Assembly (NCBI GenBank): GCA_963823665.1
Contig: CAWGMQ010000003.1
Location: forward strand, 896,001-960,000
Direction of reading: 5' to 3'
DNA length: 64,000 nucleotides
Origin: an uncultured Planctomycetota bacterium
GTDB lineage: Bacteria; Planctomycetota; Planctomycetia; Isosphaerales; Isosphaeraceae
Positions 31,752 through 41,526 of the stretch are shown here, in pieces. The position numbers and the translations under genes were made by a program. Numbering within the stretch: the stretch's first letter is position 1; each line of letters opens with the position of its first letter. The notes under the pieces were generated by a model. That model was not told the DNA's origin, did not search any database, and worked only from the letters and a program-made list of their open reading frames with translations.

Positions 31752-32647
31752 AATCGTCCGAGAAGTTTTCGGGCCGCTGCTGCGTTGAAGGAGTGCGGAT
31801 GGGTCTGCACGCAACCTCGCCGGAGTCGGCCTGCCCGCCGAGGGTTCCGCCGACAATTCGGGGCCAACAGGAATTTCCGTGATGAGCTTCGATTCGCTGG
31901 GCGGCCGCCAGAAATCGAGCGGAACAGCGGAGGCTCACGAACTGGACGGACACCCTGGATGCGGGAATCGCTCCGGGCGCTTTCTCCCCGGTTTTTTGGC
32001 GGCGTCGCGCTCAAATCTGGGGCTTCGATCGAGTTGATCGTTGCATCCGCTGCGACGTGAAAAAAAAATCCAGGTTTTCTGGTCGACGAAATGGCCGAAT
32101 CGCGAAAGTGGGGCCATACTATACATAGCTCACTCTCGATCGCTGACACTGGAGTTGGCGCGAGGGACCAACCATGTCTCTGGAACCGGGAATGATTACC
32201 GACGGAAGAGTTCCAGGCGCTCGAAGTGTTCCAGGGCGTCGAAGCCCCTGCCTGTTGAACTGCGCCCCGTTGGGGCCGGACATCGCCCCAGGCGTGGCCG
32301 GCAGGAGTGTCAGCGCAACGGTGCCCGCGCCGGTGGGCGGCGGGTACAGACTAAATTCAGATCAAGATCGGGATTCAGAATGCGGCCCATTTACAGTAGT
32401 GTACGGATGCTTGAACACGCCGCAAAAGCGCCACTTTGCGCCACTTTCCGCCATGTGTTTGACGATTGCCTCGGGTGGAGTCATTCTTTGCAAGTTCAAT
32501 GGGCGTCAACGAATGGGAACAGCGCGAGGCGTTCTTCGGCGACGGCGAAGGCGAGTGGCGCGGGCCACCAAGAACGCCACGACAATTCGACGGTGTTGTT
32601 CAGTATGTTTTTTCGTCCCTTTTGGAAACCCAAGGCGAGCGCATTGG

Positions 32648-32990
32648 ACATCCAAGGCGTTGCCGTTGGGCTGGGTTGTTGTGGCCTTTCAGGCCGGATT
32701 TTTGGGATGAAATGGCCTCGAGTTTGGGCCGGGACGGGCGTGGGACGGGTCTGGACCACGGGGAGGGTGAGTGTTCACCCATTCGGCCGAGGGATCATGG
32801 AGCGGGGCTGATGGCGTTATCCTCTTTGGCTCTCAGCATTTCCGTACGGTTTCGGGGCCTGCCGGCCAGCCATCGGACGTGGTTCAAGACCGCACGCAAA
32901 ATGAGATTTTTTTGGGGCCAGGAGTCCCGTCTAGTTCCATCTAGTTCCATTCACTTCTACTTATTTGGAGCGTGCGAAGCGTGGCCAGGC
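32648..32990. repeat. Copy A of a ~300-bp non-coding module
   Basis: Shares GGCCTTTCAGGCCGGAT, GGGATGAAATG, GGTCTGGACCACG, ATGGCGTTATCCTCTTTGGCTCTCrGCATTTCCGTACGG, CCGGCCAGCyATCGGACG, GGTTCAAGAC and GCAAAATGAGA with 34340-34700. Confidence 0.8.
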
Positions 32991-33554
32991 TGTCGTTTGA
33001 CATGGCGGGGGACGTCGAACCACGAATCTTACGAATCTCACGAATGAGGGAAGAGAAGATGACACGATACCCGGATCGGGATTCGACCGAGATTACCGAT
33101 CGGATGACCGCGTGGTCGTTTTGCTTCGACCGCGTGTTCACAATTAACAAAGAAATCGCGCAAAGCCGTAGGTCCTGACGTTGCAGCCGTGTCGATCGAG
33201 CGATTGCAGTTTTTTTGGAGGCTTTTATTGCCGATCACTGAAACCGGTCGCATTTTATAGGTAGGGCAGAGTCTGCGAGCGCGCGATGCTGGCGCGATGG
33301 GCGGCACCCCTGTGCTTTCCTACCTTCTCGTCGATCTCCATCTCAACCTGAAGAACAGCGCTGAAATTCACGCAAGGAGTGACATCCAGTGCGAACTATG
33401 GGTAAAGAAGCCGAGACCAAAACCGAAACTCGAGCAGACCTGGCCGTTGCGCAGGATGACTCCGTCGCCCTGGCGGCTTTGCCGGGTCGTCAGTCGAGCG
33501 CACGGTTCGCTCCCCCGGACTCTGAACTGGGAGGAAGGCGAGGATCTCCTGTTT

Positions 33555-33900
33555 TGTGCTATCATTAGTTATCAATTTCGGCCACGCGAAAGATGCTGTT
33601 GATCGACCGAAGCCCTTTTCGCATGGACACTTGCGGATCGCCGCGGAGCCGGATCTGGGGGGTGGAGCGCTCCGCATGCCGGGCCGTGGCGATTCGGAGC
33701 CGGAATCAGGACGGAGGAAGGAGGGCGGAGGACGAAGCGCGGTGCGAATGGAGCCGGAAGACGGAGAGCGGGGATCGGAAGAGACCTTCATGGTGGTATC
33801 ACTTTGGTATCATTTCGCACCAGGGGGCGAGAGGCTGTTGGATCGACCGAAGACATGTGTATATTTACGTTTGCGGAGGGCGGCCGAACCGGATTCGGGG
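33555..33900. repeat. Two diverged ~110-bp units (240-bp period)
   Basis: TATCA..TATCA(A)TTTCG ... GCTGTT(G)GATCGACCGAAG ... TTGCGGA ... CCGGAT at ~33555-33662 and ~33792-33900. Confidence 0.65.
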
Positions 33901-34339
33901 TCTGTGCCAGGTCGCGGGCCGCACCCTGGCGATTTTGGGCCAAGGCCGGGCGGTTACGGGCGGGGTTTCGGCTTCGAATTCGGCCGATGGTTCGCCATCA
34001 CGACAGACCGAGTGCATTCCCGTAATCCTTGTGGCGTAAGGACGCGCGACAAATCTGCAAAACGAATTCCCCCTGCGCGGAGACCGAAAGAAGGGCGCTG
34101 CGCCGGCGCTATCGGGCTGGGGCCGTCAGGCGGAAGCCTGACCTACGCGTCCGTCTATCGCTGGGTGTCTGCCTCTCGTTTTGCGGGGGCTCAGGCCCGC
34201 CTCGGCCACCTGCGGTGGCATCTCCCCCACGAGCGCGGGAGGTATGCCTTCGGGGGGCGGGAAGAATCCCTTTGCAGAGCGACGGGCGACAATGGGTGGT
34301 ATTGGGCTCCAGGGGGTGGTGGCGAGGAATGGGGTACGG

Positions 34340-34700
34340 ACACACCTAGGGCGTTGCTAACAGTTGCCCTGGGCTTTGTTGTTTTGGCCTTTCAGGCCGG
34401 ATGGCGGAACTTGCGGGATGAAATGCCCCAGAGTTTTGCGATGTGGCGAGTGTGGGACTGGTCTGGACCACGCGAGAGGGAGTTTTCACCCGGCGGCCCG
34501 GGCGATCTTGGAGTAGTACCCATGGCGTTATCCTCTTTGGCTCTCGGCATTTCCGTACGGCATCAAACCGTTCCGGCCAGCTATCGGACGGGGTTCAAGA
34601 CAGCAAGCAAAATGAGACTTTTTGGGGTCATTCGTCCCATTTCGTCTCATTTCGACCCATCCACTAGTGTTTATTGTCGAAGTGGCCGCGAAGTGACCAT
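34340..34700. repeat. Copy B of the ~300-bp non-coding module
   Basis: Colinear blocks shared with 32648-32990. Confidence 0.8.
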
Positions 34701-34732
34701 CGTGCGGTTTCAGTACCAGTGTCGAGGCCAGA

Positions 34733-34898
34733 GTTCCGAATATTCGATCGTCACGCCATAACCTTAGTCACCACATGATTTTACATCTGGAATTGCCAAG
34801 GTTCCGAATATTCGATCGTCACGCCCTAAATATAAGGCGAGCAGTTGTTTACGACGATAAAAGAACAGGTTCCGATTATTCCATCGTCACACTTAAAT
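34733..34898. repeat. Three-unit regularly spaced palindromic repeat array (68-bp period)
   Basis: GTTCCGAATATTCGATCGTCACGCC at 34733 and 34801; GTTCCGATTATTCCATCGTCACAC at 34869; 43-bp dissimilar intervening sequences. Confidence 0.85.
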
Positions 34899-35240
34899 CC
34901 AATGGTGGTAAGGACGTGACGCAAATCGGTGGTTCTGGATGCAGAGAAGTCCCCGCTCCGCTCTCGGCGGGTTGCGCGATCACGTTCTGCTTTGCTTCAA
35001 TTGGCTCCCCATCGTGATGCCAGAAGAGGAGCGTTGATTGCTGGTTCGCGGCGAGACAGCTTGTCGATCGCGGTGATCGAGCTGCGACTCGTGACTCGGA
35101 GATCCCGCAACCGTTCCGGCCCGGCTTGCCTGATCGGTCAATGTGAGGTAGGTTTCCGCCTCGAGTATGCGGTTGCGGCGGGGCCGGACTGGAACGGTTT
35201 TGCTGGCGCGAGGCGTCGTGGCTGACGCGAGAGCAGACTG

Positions 35241-35434
35241 AGGGAGGTGAAAACCCGTCCGAATTGGCGAATTTCGAGGCGGATGATTCGGCGTTTCTCT
35301 GTTGCGGGACGGGTTTGTGATGGCGGCCGCCGGGGCGGACCCGCCCTGGCCCCCCCTTCTTAAGGGGGGGGAACTTGGCGCAACGTTCGCGACGGGAAAT
35401 CTCCGCGCCTGATAGTGCGAGTTTTCAACAGACC
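35241..35434. mobile_element. MITE-like element (copy 2)
   Basis: Colinear with 13483-13674 (TGAAAA, CGGCGTTT.TCTGTTGCG, CCCTGGCCCCCCCTTCT.AAGGGGGG, GCGCAAC, GAAATC, TTCAACAG); CAGACTGAGGGAGG repeated at 35234-35247 and 35434-35447. Confidence 0.75.
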
Positions 35435-35452
35435 AGACTGAGGGAGGCCGGC

Positions 35453-36745
35453 ATGGAGGCGGGCATCCGCGGGGCGGGGCTGCGAACGCGGACCGGATAT
35501 GGCGAGGCAGGCATCGGCGCGGGCCGGCGTCTGGGGTCTGACCATCCGCTGCCGAGTGATCATGGTGTGCCGGCGTCACTCGCTGGTCTGCGCGTCGCGT
35601 TGGTCCACGACTGGCTCACTGGCATGCGCGGTGGCGAGAAGTGCCTCGAGGTGTTATGTCGGGCGTTTCCAGACGCGACGCTTTATACGCTCATTCACCG
35701 GCGGGGGTCATTGAGCCCGACGATCGAGTCCATGACGATCCGCACCTCGGCGCTTCAGAAGGTGCCCGGTGTTTTCCGGTGGTATCGCCACCTGCTGCCG
35801 GTCATGCCCTTGGCGGTGCGCGGATGGCGCCCGAGCGATGTGGACGTGGTGATCAGCCTGAGTCACTGCGTGGCGAAGGCGGTCGTGCCGCCGCCTGGCG
35901 TCGCGCACATCTGCTACTGCTTCACGCCGATGCGGTATGCCTGGCAGGGCCGGGATGCCTACCTGGAAAGCTGGTCAGACCGGCCGCTACGGCGGCTGCT
36001 CGCTCGCAGGCTGCTCTCGAGGCTCAGGCGCTGGGATCGCACCACAGCCAGCCGTGTCTCGCACTTCGTCGCGATCTCCGAGACCGTGCGCAGGCGCATT
36101 GCGCGCTGTTACCGGCGCGACAGCCGCGTGATTCAGCCTCCCGTGGACGTCGAGTTTTATACTCCGGCGAATGACTCCAGCCCGCGCAGCGATGATTATC
36201 TCGTCGTGTCGGCGCTGGTGCCTTACAAGCGCATCGACCATGCGGTCGCAGCCTGTTCGCAGTCAGGCCGGCGGCTGATCGTGATCGGTGAAGGGCCCGA
36301 GCGGGCGAGGCTCGAGGGCATGGCGCGGGGCTCGGTGCAATTTCTGGGCTGGCAGCCGGATGATGTGATTCGTGAGCATTACCGGCGCTGCCGGGCCCTG
36401 CTGTTCCCGGGTGACGAAGATTTCGGGATCGTTCCCATCGAGGCCCTGGCGTCCGGGATGCCCGTGATCGCGCTCGGGCGCGGTGGGGTGGCCGAGACCG
36501 TTGATAACACCGTTGGGCTCACCTATGGCGAGCCCACGCCGGCAGGCTTGCTCGGTGCGATCGATGACTGGGAGTCGAACGGGTGCCGATTTGATGCGGA
36601 TCTCGCCCGGCGCCGGGCCGAAGGGCTGTCGCTCGACGTTTTTCGCGAACGGATCCTTGGGTTGATCGGCGAGGTCGTCTCCGCCGGCATGAGCCGGCGT
36701 GTGCCGCCGGCGCCGCATTTCAATGTGGTTGGGGCGACTCCCTGA
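35453..36745 (+). CDS. GT4 family glycosyltransferase (mannosyltransferase-like)
   Basis: RVALVHDWLTGMRGGEKCLE, CYCFTPMRYAW, PYKRID, EDFGIVPIEALASG; GGAGG RBS before ATG 35453. Confidence 0.93.
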   Translation: MEAGIRGAGLRTRTGYGEAGIGAGRRLGSDHPLPSDHGVPASLAGLRVALVHDWLTGMRGGEKCLEVLCRAFPDATLYTLIHRRGSLSPTIESMTIRTSALQKVPGVFRWYRHLLPVMPLAVRGWRPSDVDVVISLSHCVAKAVVPPPGVAHICYCFTPMRYAWQGRDAYLESWSDRPLRRLLARRLLSRLRRWDRTTASRVSHFVAISETVRRRIARCYRRDSRVIQPPVDVEFYTPANDSSPRSDDYLVVSALVPYKRIDHAVAACSQSGRRLIVIGEGPERARLEGMARGSVQFLGWQPDDVIREHYRRCRALLFPGDEDFGIVPIEALASGMPVIALGRGGVAETVDNTVGLTYGEPTPAGLLGAIDDWESNGCRFDADLARRRAEGLSLDVFRERILGLIGEVVSAGMSRRVPPAPHFNVVGATP

Positions 36746-36844
36746 ATGGGATTTCGCGATTTTCGACCACGTCCAGAGAATCCCTTCGCGGAGAGGCTGT
36801 CATCTTTTGGCCGCGTTGCGGTAACTCGGCCGTTGGGCCTAGTC

Positions 36845-38442
36845 GGCTGTGATTCACCGCTTGGTCGCTCGGTTAGTGCCGCCGATTCACGCCAGTTCTC
36901 CAATAGCCCAGCCGTTGACGCAAACGCGCTTTCCTATTTTGTCCCTTTTTTGCAAAGTACCGCTCATTCCGCCAGTTTGCCCATCGCTGGGCGCAGTCTC
37001 CCTGCGACAACCAGGTTGTGAGCAATTGCAAACAACAATGCGACGGCGCGGCAACGCGGTTGGCCACGCACGGGCATAAACCAGAATCCTCGATTGCGAG
37101 CCTGGGCGTTGACCCACTCGGCTGTTTGGCCTCGCAGCCGGTAGATCAGCTTCGCGGCCTCGGTCCCCATTCGGATCCGCCAAGCGGCAACCGCTTCGCT
37201 GTCGCCCTTCTTTGCGGTGTAGGGATCTTCTCCATTTGCCTGTTTCTTTTTCTCGTCTCTGATCGGCCCGTATACGATGCAGCCGCGTTGGGCCGCCTGA
37301 TCGATCGAGTCCTTGGTCGTGAAGCCACCGTCAACCAATGCCTCATCCGGAATTCGTTCGTAACGCTCCTCCAACTGGTCGAGCATGGGCGGAAGTTCTT
37401 CGCCATCGTTCCCTGCGTTGGTCACCTCCACACCCACAATCACACCGCTTTCGGTGTCTGTTGTGAATTGAACGTTATATCCCGGCCGGAATCCTCCGTC
37501 TGGAAACTTCATGATCCTCGCGTCGGGGTCGGTGGTCGAAGCACGCGCTTCCCGCCCCTTGCGGCCGTAGGACTCGTCACGTTCGCGTTGCAGCTCCTCG
37601 CACTGCCGCATCGCTTCTTCGATCCGTTGCTGTCGCTTGTTGGCGGCACGCTCCCGCGCCGCTCGCTGCCGTCGAGTCAGCTCTGCTGTGTCCTCCTCGG
37701 CCAGTTTCTTCAGCGCCTCAACCTGCTCCTTCGCCGCTTTCAGGCACTCCTCCAGGCTACCGCGACGACGAAACGAGCTCTTGCCCGCGCTGGCACGCAC
37801 TCTCATTCCGTCCTGAGCGACCCGGTCCATTTTCACCAACCCGGCATGGAGCAGGGTGCCCACGATCTGCGTGAGCAGTTCGTTCAACTTCTCGCCCCCA
37901 CAAGCGAGGAAGTGGGACAACATGCTGTGGTTGACGGTTACGCCGCCGCACAGCCACTGGTACGGCAGACTCCCTTGGTTCTTTTCGCACAGCCGTTCGA
38001 TTTCACGGGCGCTGCCGACTCCCTTCAATGTGGCGAAAACCCGCAATCCGACCAGCAAGCGCGGGTCGGTGGCATCTCGGCCGACATGTCGCTCGACGGC
38101 CTTGATCTCGCCGAGCCAGGCTTTCAGATCGAGCTTGCAGACCGCCGCCCAGACGACCCGGGCCGGATGGTCGGCCTCGAGCAATTCATCGAGCGATGCC
38201 CAGCGCATCTCGATCTGGTCGCGTACGGGACACCGCAGCCGCGGCTTGCCAGTTGGCATCGACTGGGCAGCCTGGGCGGGAGAGGGCTGATCGGGCAAGT
38301 CTTCTGGGCTAAAGAGAGGAAGTGTCATGACGCTCGTCCTGCAACACCGGGGCTGCGTGGGGCTCATGCGGCGGACTACATGCGTGGTATTAGAACGTGA
38401 ACACTATACAAAATCAACCCCAACGCCGAAAAAATCACAGCC
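36845..38442 (-). mobile_element. IS1182-family insertion sequence (ends approximate)
   Basis: GGCTGTGATT (36845-36854) / AATCACAGCC (38433-38442) inverted repeat around the transposase. Confidence 0.7.
36964..38328 (-). CDS. IS1182 transposase
   Basis: LDELLEADHPARVVW, SAREIERLC, YQWLCGG, AQDGMRVRASAG, STTDPDARIMK, GYNVQ, LVDGGF, AEWVNA. Confidence 0.92.
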   Translation of the reverse strand: MTLPLFSPEDLPDQPSPAQAAQSMPTGKPRLRCPVRDQIEMRWASLDELLEADHPARVVWAAVCKLDLKAWLGEIKAVERHVGRDATDPRLLVGLRVFATLKGVGSAREIERLCEKNQGSLPYQWLCGGVTVNHSMLSHFLACGGEKLNELLTQIVGTLLHAGLVKMDRVAQDGMRVRASAGKSSFRRRGSLEECLKAAKEQVEALKKLAEEDTAELTRRQRAARERAANKRQQRIEEAMRQCEELQRERDESYGRKGREARASTTDPDARIMKFPDGGFRPGYNVQFTTDTESGVIVGVEVTNAGNDGEELPPMLDQLEERYERIPDEALVDGGFTTKDSIDQAAQRGCIVYGPIRDEKKKQANGEDPYTAKKGDSEAVAAWRIRMGTEAAKLIYRLRGQTAEWVNAQARNRGFWFMPVRGQPRCRAVALLFAIAHNLVVAGRLRPAMGKLAE

Positions 38443-38496
38443 TCGGAGCGAAGGGCGACAATGGGGCGCGCGTGTCAACCTTCTCCATCATCTCGT

Positions 38497-39174
38497 CTAT
38501 GCGGTGAGAACCGCGTGCCGCAGGCGCGCCAGCGTGTCATCAGCCTCGAACGGGATCGACCCGCCGAGCACTTCGAGCTTCCATCGCGCCTCGGGGTCGC
38601 GCGTATCCCGGGCCACGGCGGTCACGGCGTTCGTCAGTGCGAACCGCGAGCGGTCTGCGCCGCGCACGAGATCGTGGAAGATTGAGTCGATGAGCTCGCC
38701 TCGAATCGCTTCTGGCAGACGAGCGAGCATCGACGCCATTGTCACGGCCATGTCGATCGGAGAATGAACCGAGGAGCGCATCGCGTCGGCTGCGGTGTCG
38801 AAGGCTTCGGGCGCACAGCAATCGCGAACGGCGTCTCGAATCGCACCGGCTAGCTCTTCCTCGCCAAAAGCGGCGGAAAAGTCGGCTTGCTCGATGTGTA
38901 GCGTTTGAGTCGCGCGAGCGATGATCGCGCCGTTGGAGCAGACCTGGCGAAAGACATAGGGATGCACCCACACGTCGTCGTCGGTCGCCCGCAGGGCAAC
39001 GCCGCCTTGGAGGCGATCGCCGCGCTTGACCTCCTGTTCGGCTGGAAGCACCGCCCGCAAAAAGAGGCGTGCCCCATCGTCGAACGTGTCCGTCACAGAA
39101 CCACCCTGCGCCACAATTTCTTCGGCGAAGATCGTGGCGATCTCGCTCGTGGAGAGCCCACCTTGAAGAGACAT
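38497..39174 (-). CDS. DUF932-like hypothetical protein
   Basis: GAGGAG RBS before ATG 39174; HPYVFRQVCSNGAII and ALTNAVTAVAR motifs. Confidence 0.65.
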   Translation of the reverse strand: MSLQGGLSTSEIATIFAEEIVAQGGSVTDTFDDGARLFLRAVLPAEQEVKRGDRLQGGVALRATDDDVWVHPYVFRQVCSNGAIIARATQTLHIEQADFSAAFGEEELAGAIRDAVRDCCAPEAFDTAADAMRSSVHSPIDMAVTMASMLARLPEAIRGELIDSIFHDLVRGADRSRFALTNAVTAVARDTRDPEARWKLEVLGGSIPFEADDTLARLRHAVLTA

Positions 39175-39462
39175 GATCGCACTCCTCGTGCTTGGGACGA
39201 ACCGATCGTCCGCCGGTCCGATTGGATGCGGCGAGGTTCCCCGTATGGGCATGGAGTGGATCGAGCCCGCAGGGCCCCGGGTTATTCTACCAAACCGACC
39301 GGGTTTTTCTCGACCCTGGAGCGAGCCGATTACAATCAACGACATTCCGATTCCGAAGTGATCGCCGGAGACTGGAACACCGCGAGCACTCATCGTATGC
39401 TTCCAGGAGCGACCTCAACCGGACTTCATCACCAGTCGAAGAGGGCGCAGGAGGTCAAGTCG

Positions 39463-41028
39463 ATGTCGAGCCATTCCGTCGTGCTCCATTCGTGCTTGAG
39501 GTCGATTCGCCCGATCTTGTACGCCGTTTTATCAGGGGTCGCGGTCATCGCGGTGTCGTTCGCCGCGCGGCGCAGCAGCCTCCGACAGGCGGCGTGGTCA
39601 CGACGCAGGTGGATTTCTCGCTCAAGGGTCTCGAACCCGGGCGAGGCTCGGACCAGCGGCCGAAACTGATGAAATCCCAGGAGCTCCTGACGCAGGGGAA
39701 GCTCGACGAAGCCGAGGCAGTGATCGACGACGTGCTCAAATTCTTCGAGAACGAGACGGCTGACAAGCAGGTCGACTATGTAGCCGTGGTGAATCGCGAG
39801 CAATTCGAGCGCTACCGGAAGGAGCACCCGGGCGAGCGAAAGCTTGTCTGGGTCGACTGGTGCTACGGGTGGGCCCTTTGCAAGAAGGGGTGGATCGAGG
39901 GAGCGCGGCGGCGGTTGAACGAAGCGGAATCGTGGCTTACCAGATCGGTCAAGATGCGCCCTTACTCGGCGGACGCATACATCGAGCGGGGTTTCGTCTA
40001 CTCCCAGTTGGGCCGCCCTGAGGAGGGCATGAAGTCGTACGAGACGGCGGTTTCATTAGCGAGGAGCATTCCGTTCGAGAAACCATTCGAGGCGGCGGCA
40101 ATGCGCGGGGTGGGCTTCGATTATATCGAGCTCAAGAAACTCCCTCAGGCGCGAAAGGCATTTCGAGATTCGCTGCGCATCGAGCCGGCCAACCGCGTGG
40201 CGCTCGGCGAGCTGTTGTACATCGCGCGCCTCGAGCAGCAATGGGCCGAGCACGAATTCGGTGACCTGAAGCGGCAAGGCCGTTGGGCAGAGGTCACCGC
40301 CAAGCTCGATCGCCACATCGCCGCGTCACCAGATGACCTGGCCGCGCCGCATGCTGCGCGCGAACGCGCGGGCCGAGCAAGCACAGTGGAGTGCCGCGAT
40401 CGAGGAGCTGGAATCCGTGCTCAAGACCGACCCGGCGAGCCCGACGGCGCTCTACTTCATCGCGCTAGCACAACTGGGAGCAGGAAATGAGGCCGAATAT
40501 CACCGCGCCTGTAGCCGAATGCTCGCGAGGTTCCCAGTCGAGTTCGATGCGGCGCCGTCGGTCGTGGCAGCTTGCACGGTGATTCCGGATGCTGTCGCTG
40601 ACTTGAATCCGGTGTGCGCGACGGCGCAGATGATTCACGGCGCTCGCGTTGCTTCGAACGCTCGGCTGAAGAAGGCCCGGCCCGTGGCCGAAACGCAGAG
40701 CGAATTGGGGCGCATTCTCTATCGCTCGGGGCAGTTCGACGATGCCGTACGTCAGCTTGACGAAGCGATCACGGCGCAGACCAAGAACGACTACCAGAAG
40801 TTCTTGAACCTGGCGTTTCTCGCGATGGCACACGATCGCCTTGGCAACTCGCTCGAGGCAGCCCGGCGACTGGCCGAGGCGGAAAAGGTGCTGGACCAAG
40901 CTGAACATGACCCCAAGCGTGAGCCGGCGCCGTGGAACGTGCGGGTCGCTGTCGATCGCGTGCGCAAGGAGGCCAGGTCGCTTCTGCGGCCGGCCAAAAG
41001 GGCAACTGAAGGCGAGAAAAAACGTTGA
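39463..41028 (+). CDS. Secreted TPR protein (2 frameshifts)
   Basis: GGAGG RBS, hydrophobic N-terminus; TPRs in ORFs 39192..40490 and 40333..41028. Confidence 0.7.
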
Positions 41029-41073
41029 GTCGCGCGAGGCCAGCCGCGGCGCAACGATCCCGTCGACGGCGAA

Positions 41074-41514
41074 TCAGCTCTTGGCCTTTTCTTTCTCTTC
41101 TTTCTTGGCGGCGCGGGCCTTGCGGCGCTCGGCCTTGGCGGCCTTGGCCTCGGGAGCCGTCGTGCTGCTGAACCGCTCCTTGAGCCGGACGGCTTTGCCG
41201 GAGCGCTCGCGCAGATAATAGAGCTTGGCACGCCGGACCTTGCCCGAGCGCTTCACGACAATGTCGGTGATTCTCGGGGACTGGAGCGGAAACTTCCGCT
41301 CGACGCCCTCACCCTGGACGATGCGGCGCACCACGAACATCTCGCGTGGTCCCTGGCCGGAACGGGCAATCACGACGCCGTTGTAAATCTGAATACGTTC
41401 CTTGTCGCCCTCGAGAATGCGCACGTGAACGTCGACCGTGTCACCAATCTCAAATTTGGGCGTCGTAGCTTTGAGCGTGGCCTTCTCGACCAGCTCCATG
41501 AGTTTGTTCTGCAT
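41074..41514 (-). CDS. rplS: 50S ribosomal protein L19
   Basis: FEIGDTVDVHVRILEGDKERIQ, GEGVERKFPL, GKVRRAKLYYLRERSGKA. Confidence 0.98.
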   Translation of the reverse strand: MQNKLMELVEKATLKATTPKFEIGDTVDVHVRILEGDKERIQIYNGVVIARSGQGPREMFVVRRIVQGEGVERKFPLQSPRITDIVVKRSGKVRRAKLYYLRERSGKAVRLKERFSSTTAPEAKAAKAERRKARAAKKEEKEKAKS

Positions 41515-41526
41515 GGGAAGCTCCTT

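Noticed and set aside
33150..33210. GCGCAAAGCCGTAGGTC resembling a c-di-GMP-I riboswitch
   Set aside because: The upstream GCAAACC/GAAA stem and closing P1 pairing are absent
33556..34761. 401-aa ORF, plus ORFs 32041..32811 and 32466..33047
   Set aside because: No motifs, R/G-rich, and they run through non-coding repeats; their shared peptide blocks reflect the DNA repeat
34733..34898. Formal CRISPR array call
   Set aside because: Only three repeats, no cas genes or clear leader, and the spacers share positional motifs; kept as a repeat and a finding
35375..35452. N-terminal extension of the glycosyltransferase ORF
   Set aside because: Lies inside the MITE; the RBS supports ATG 35453
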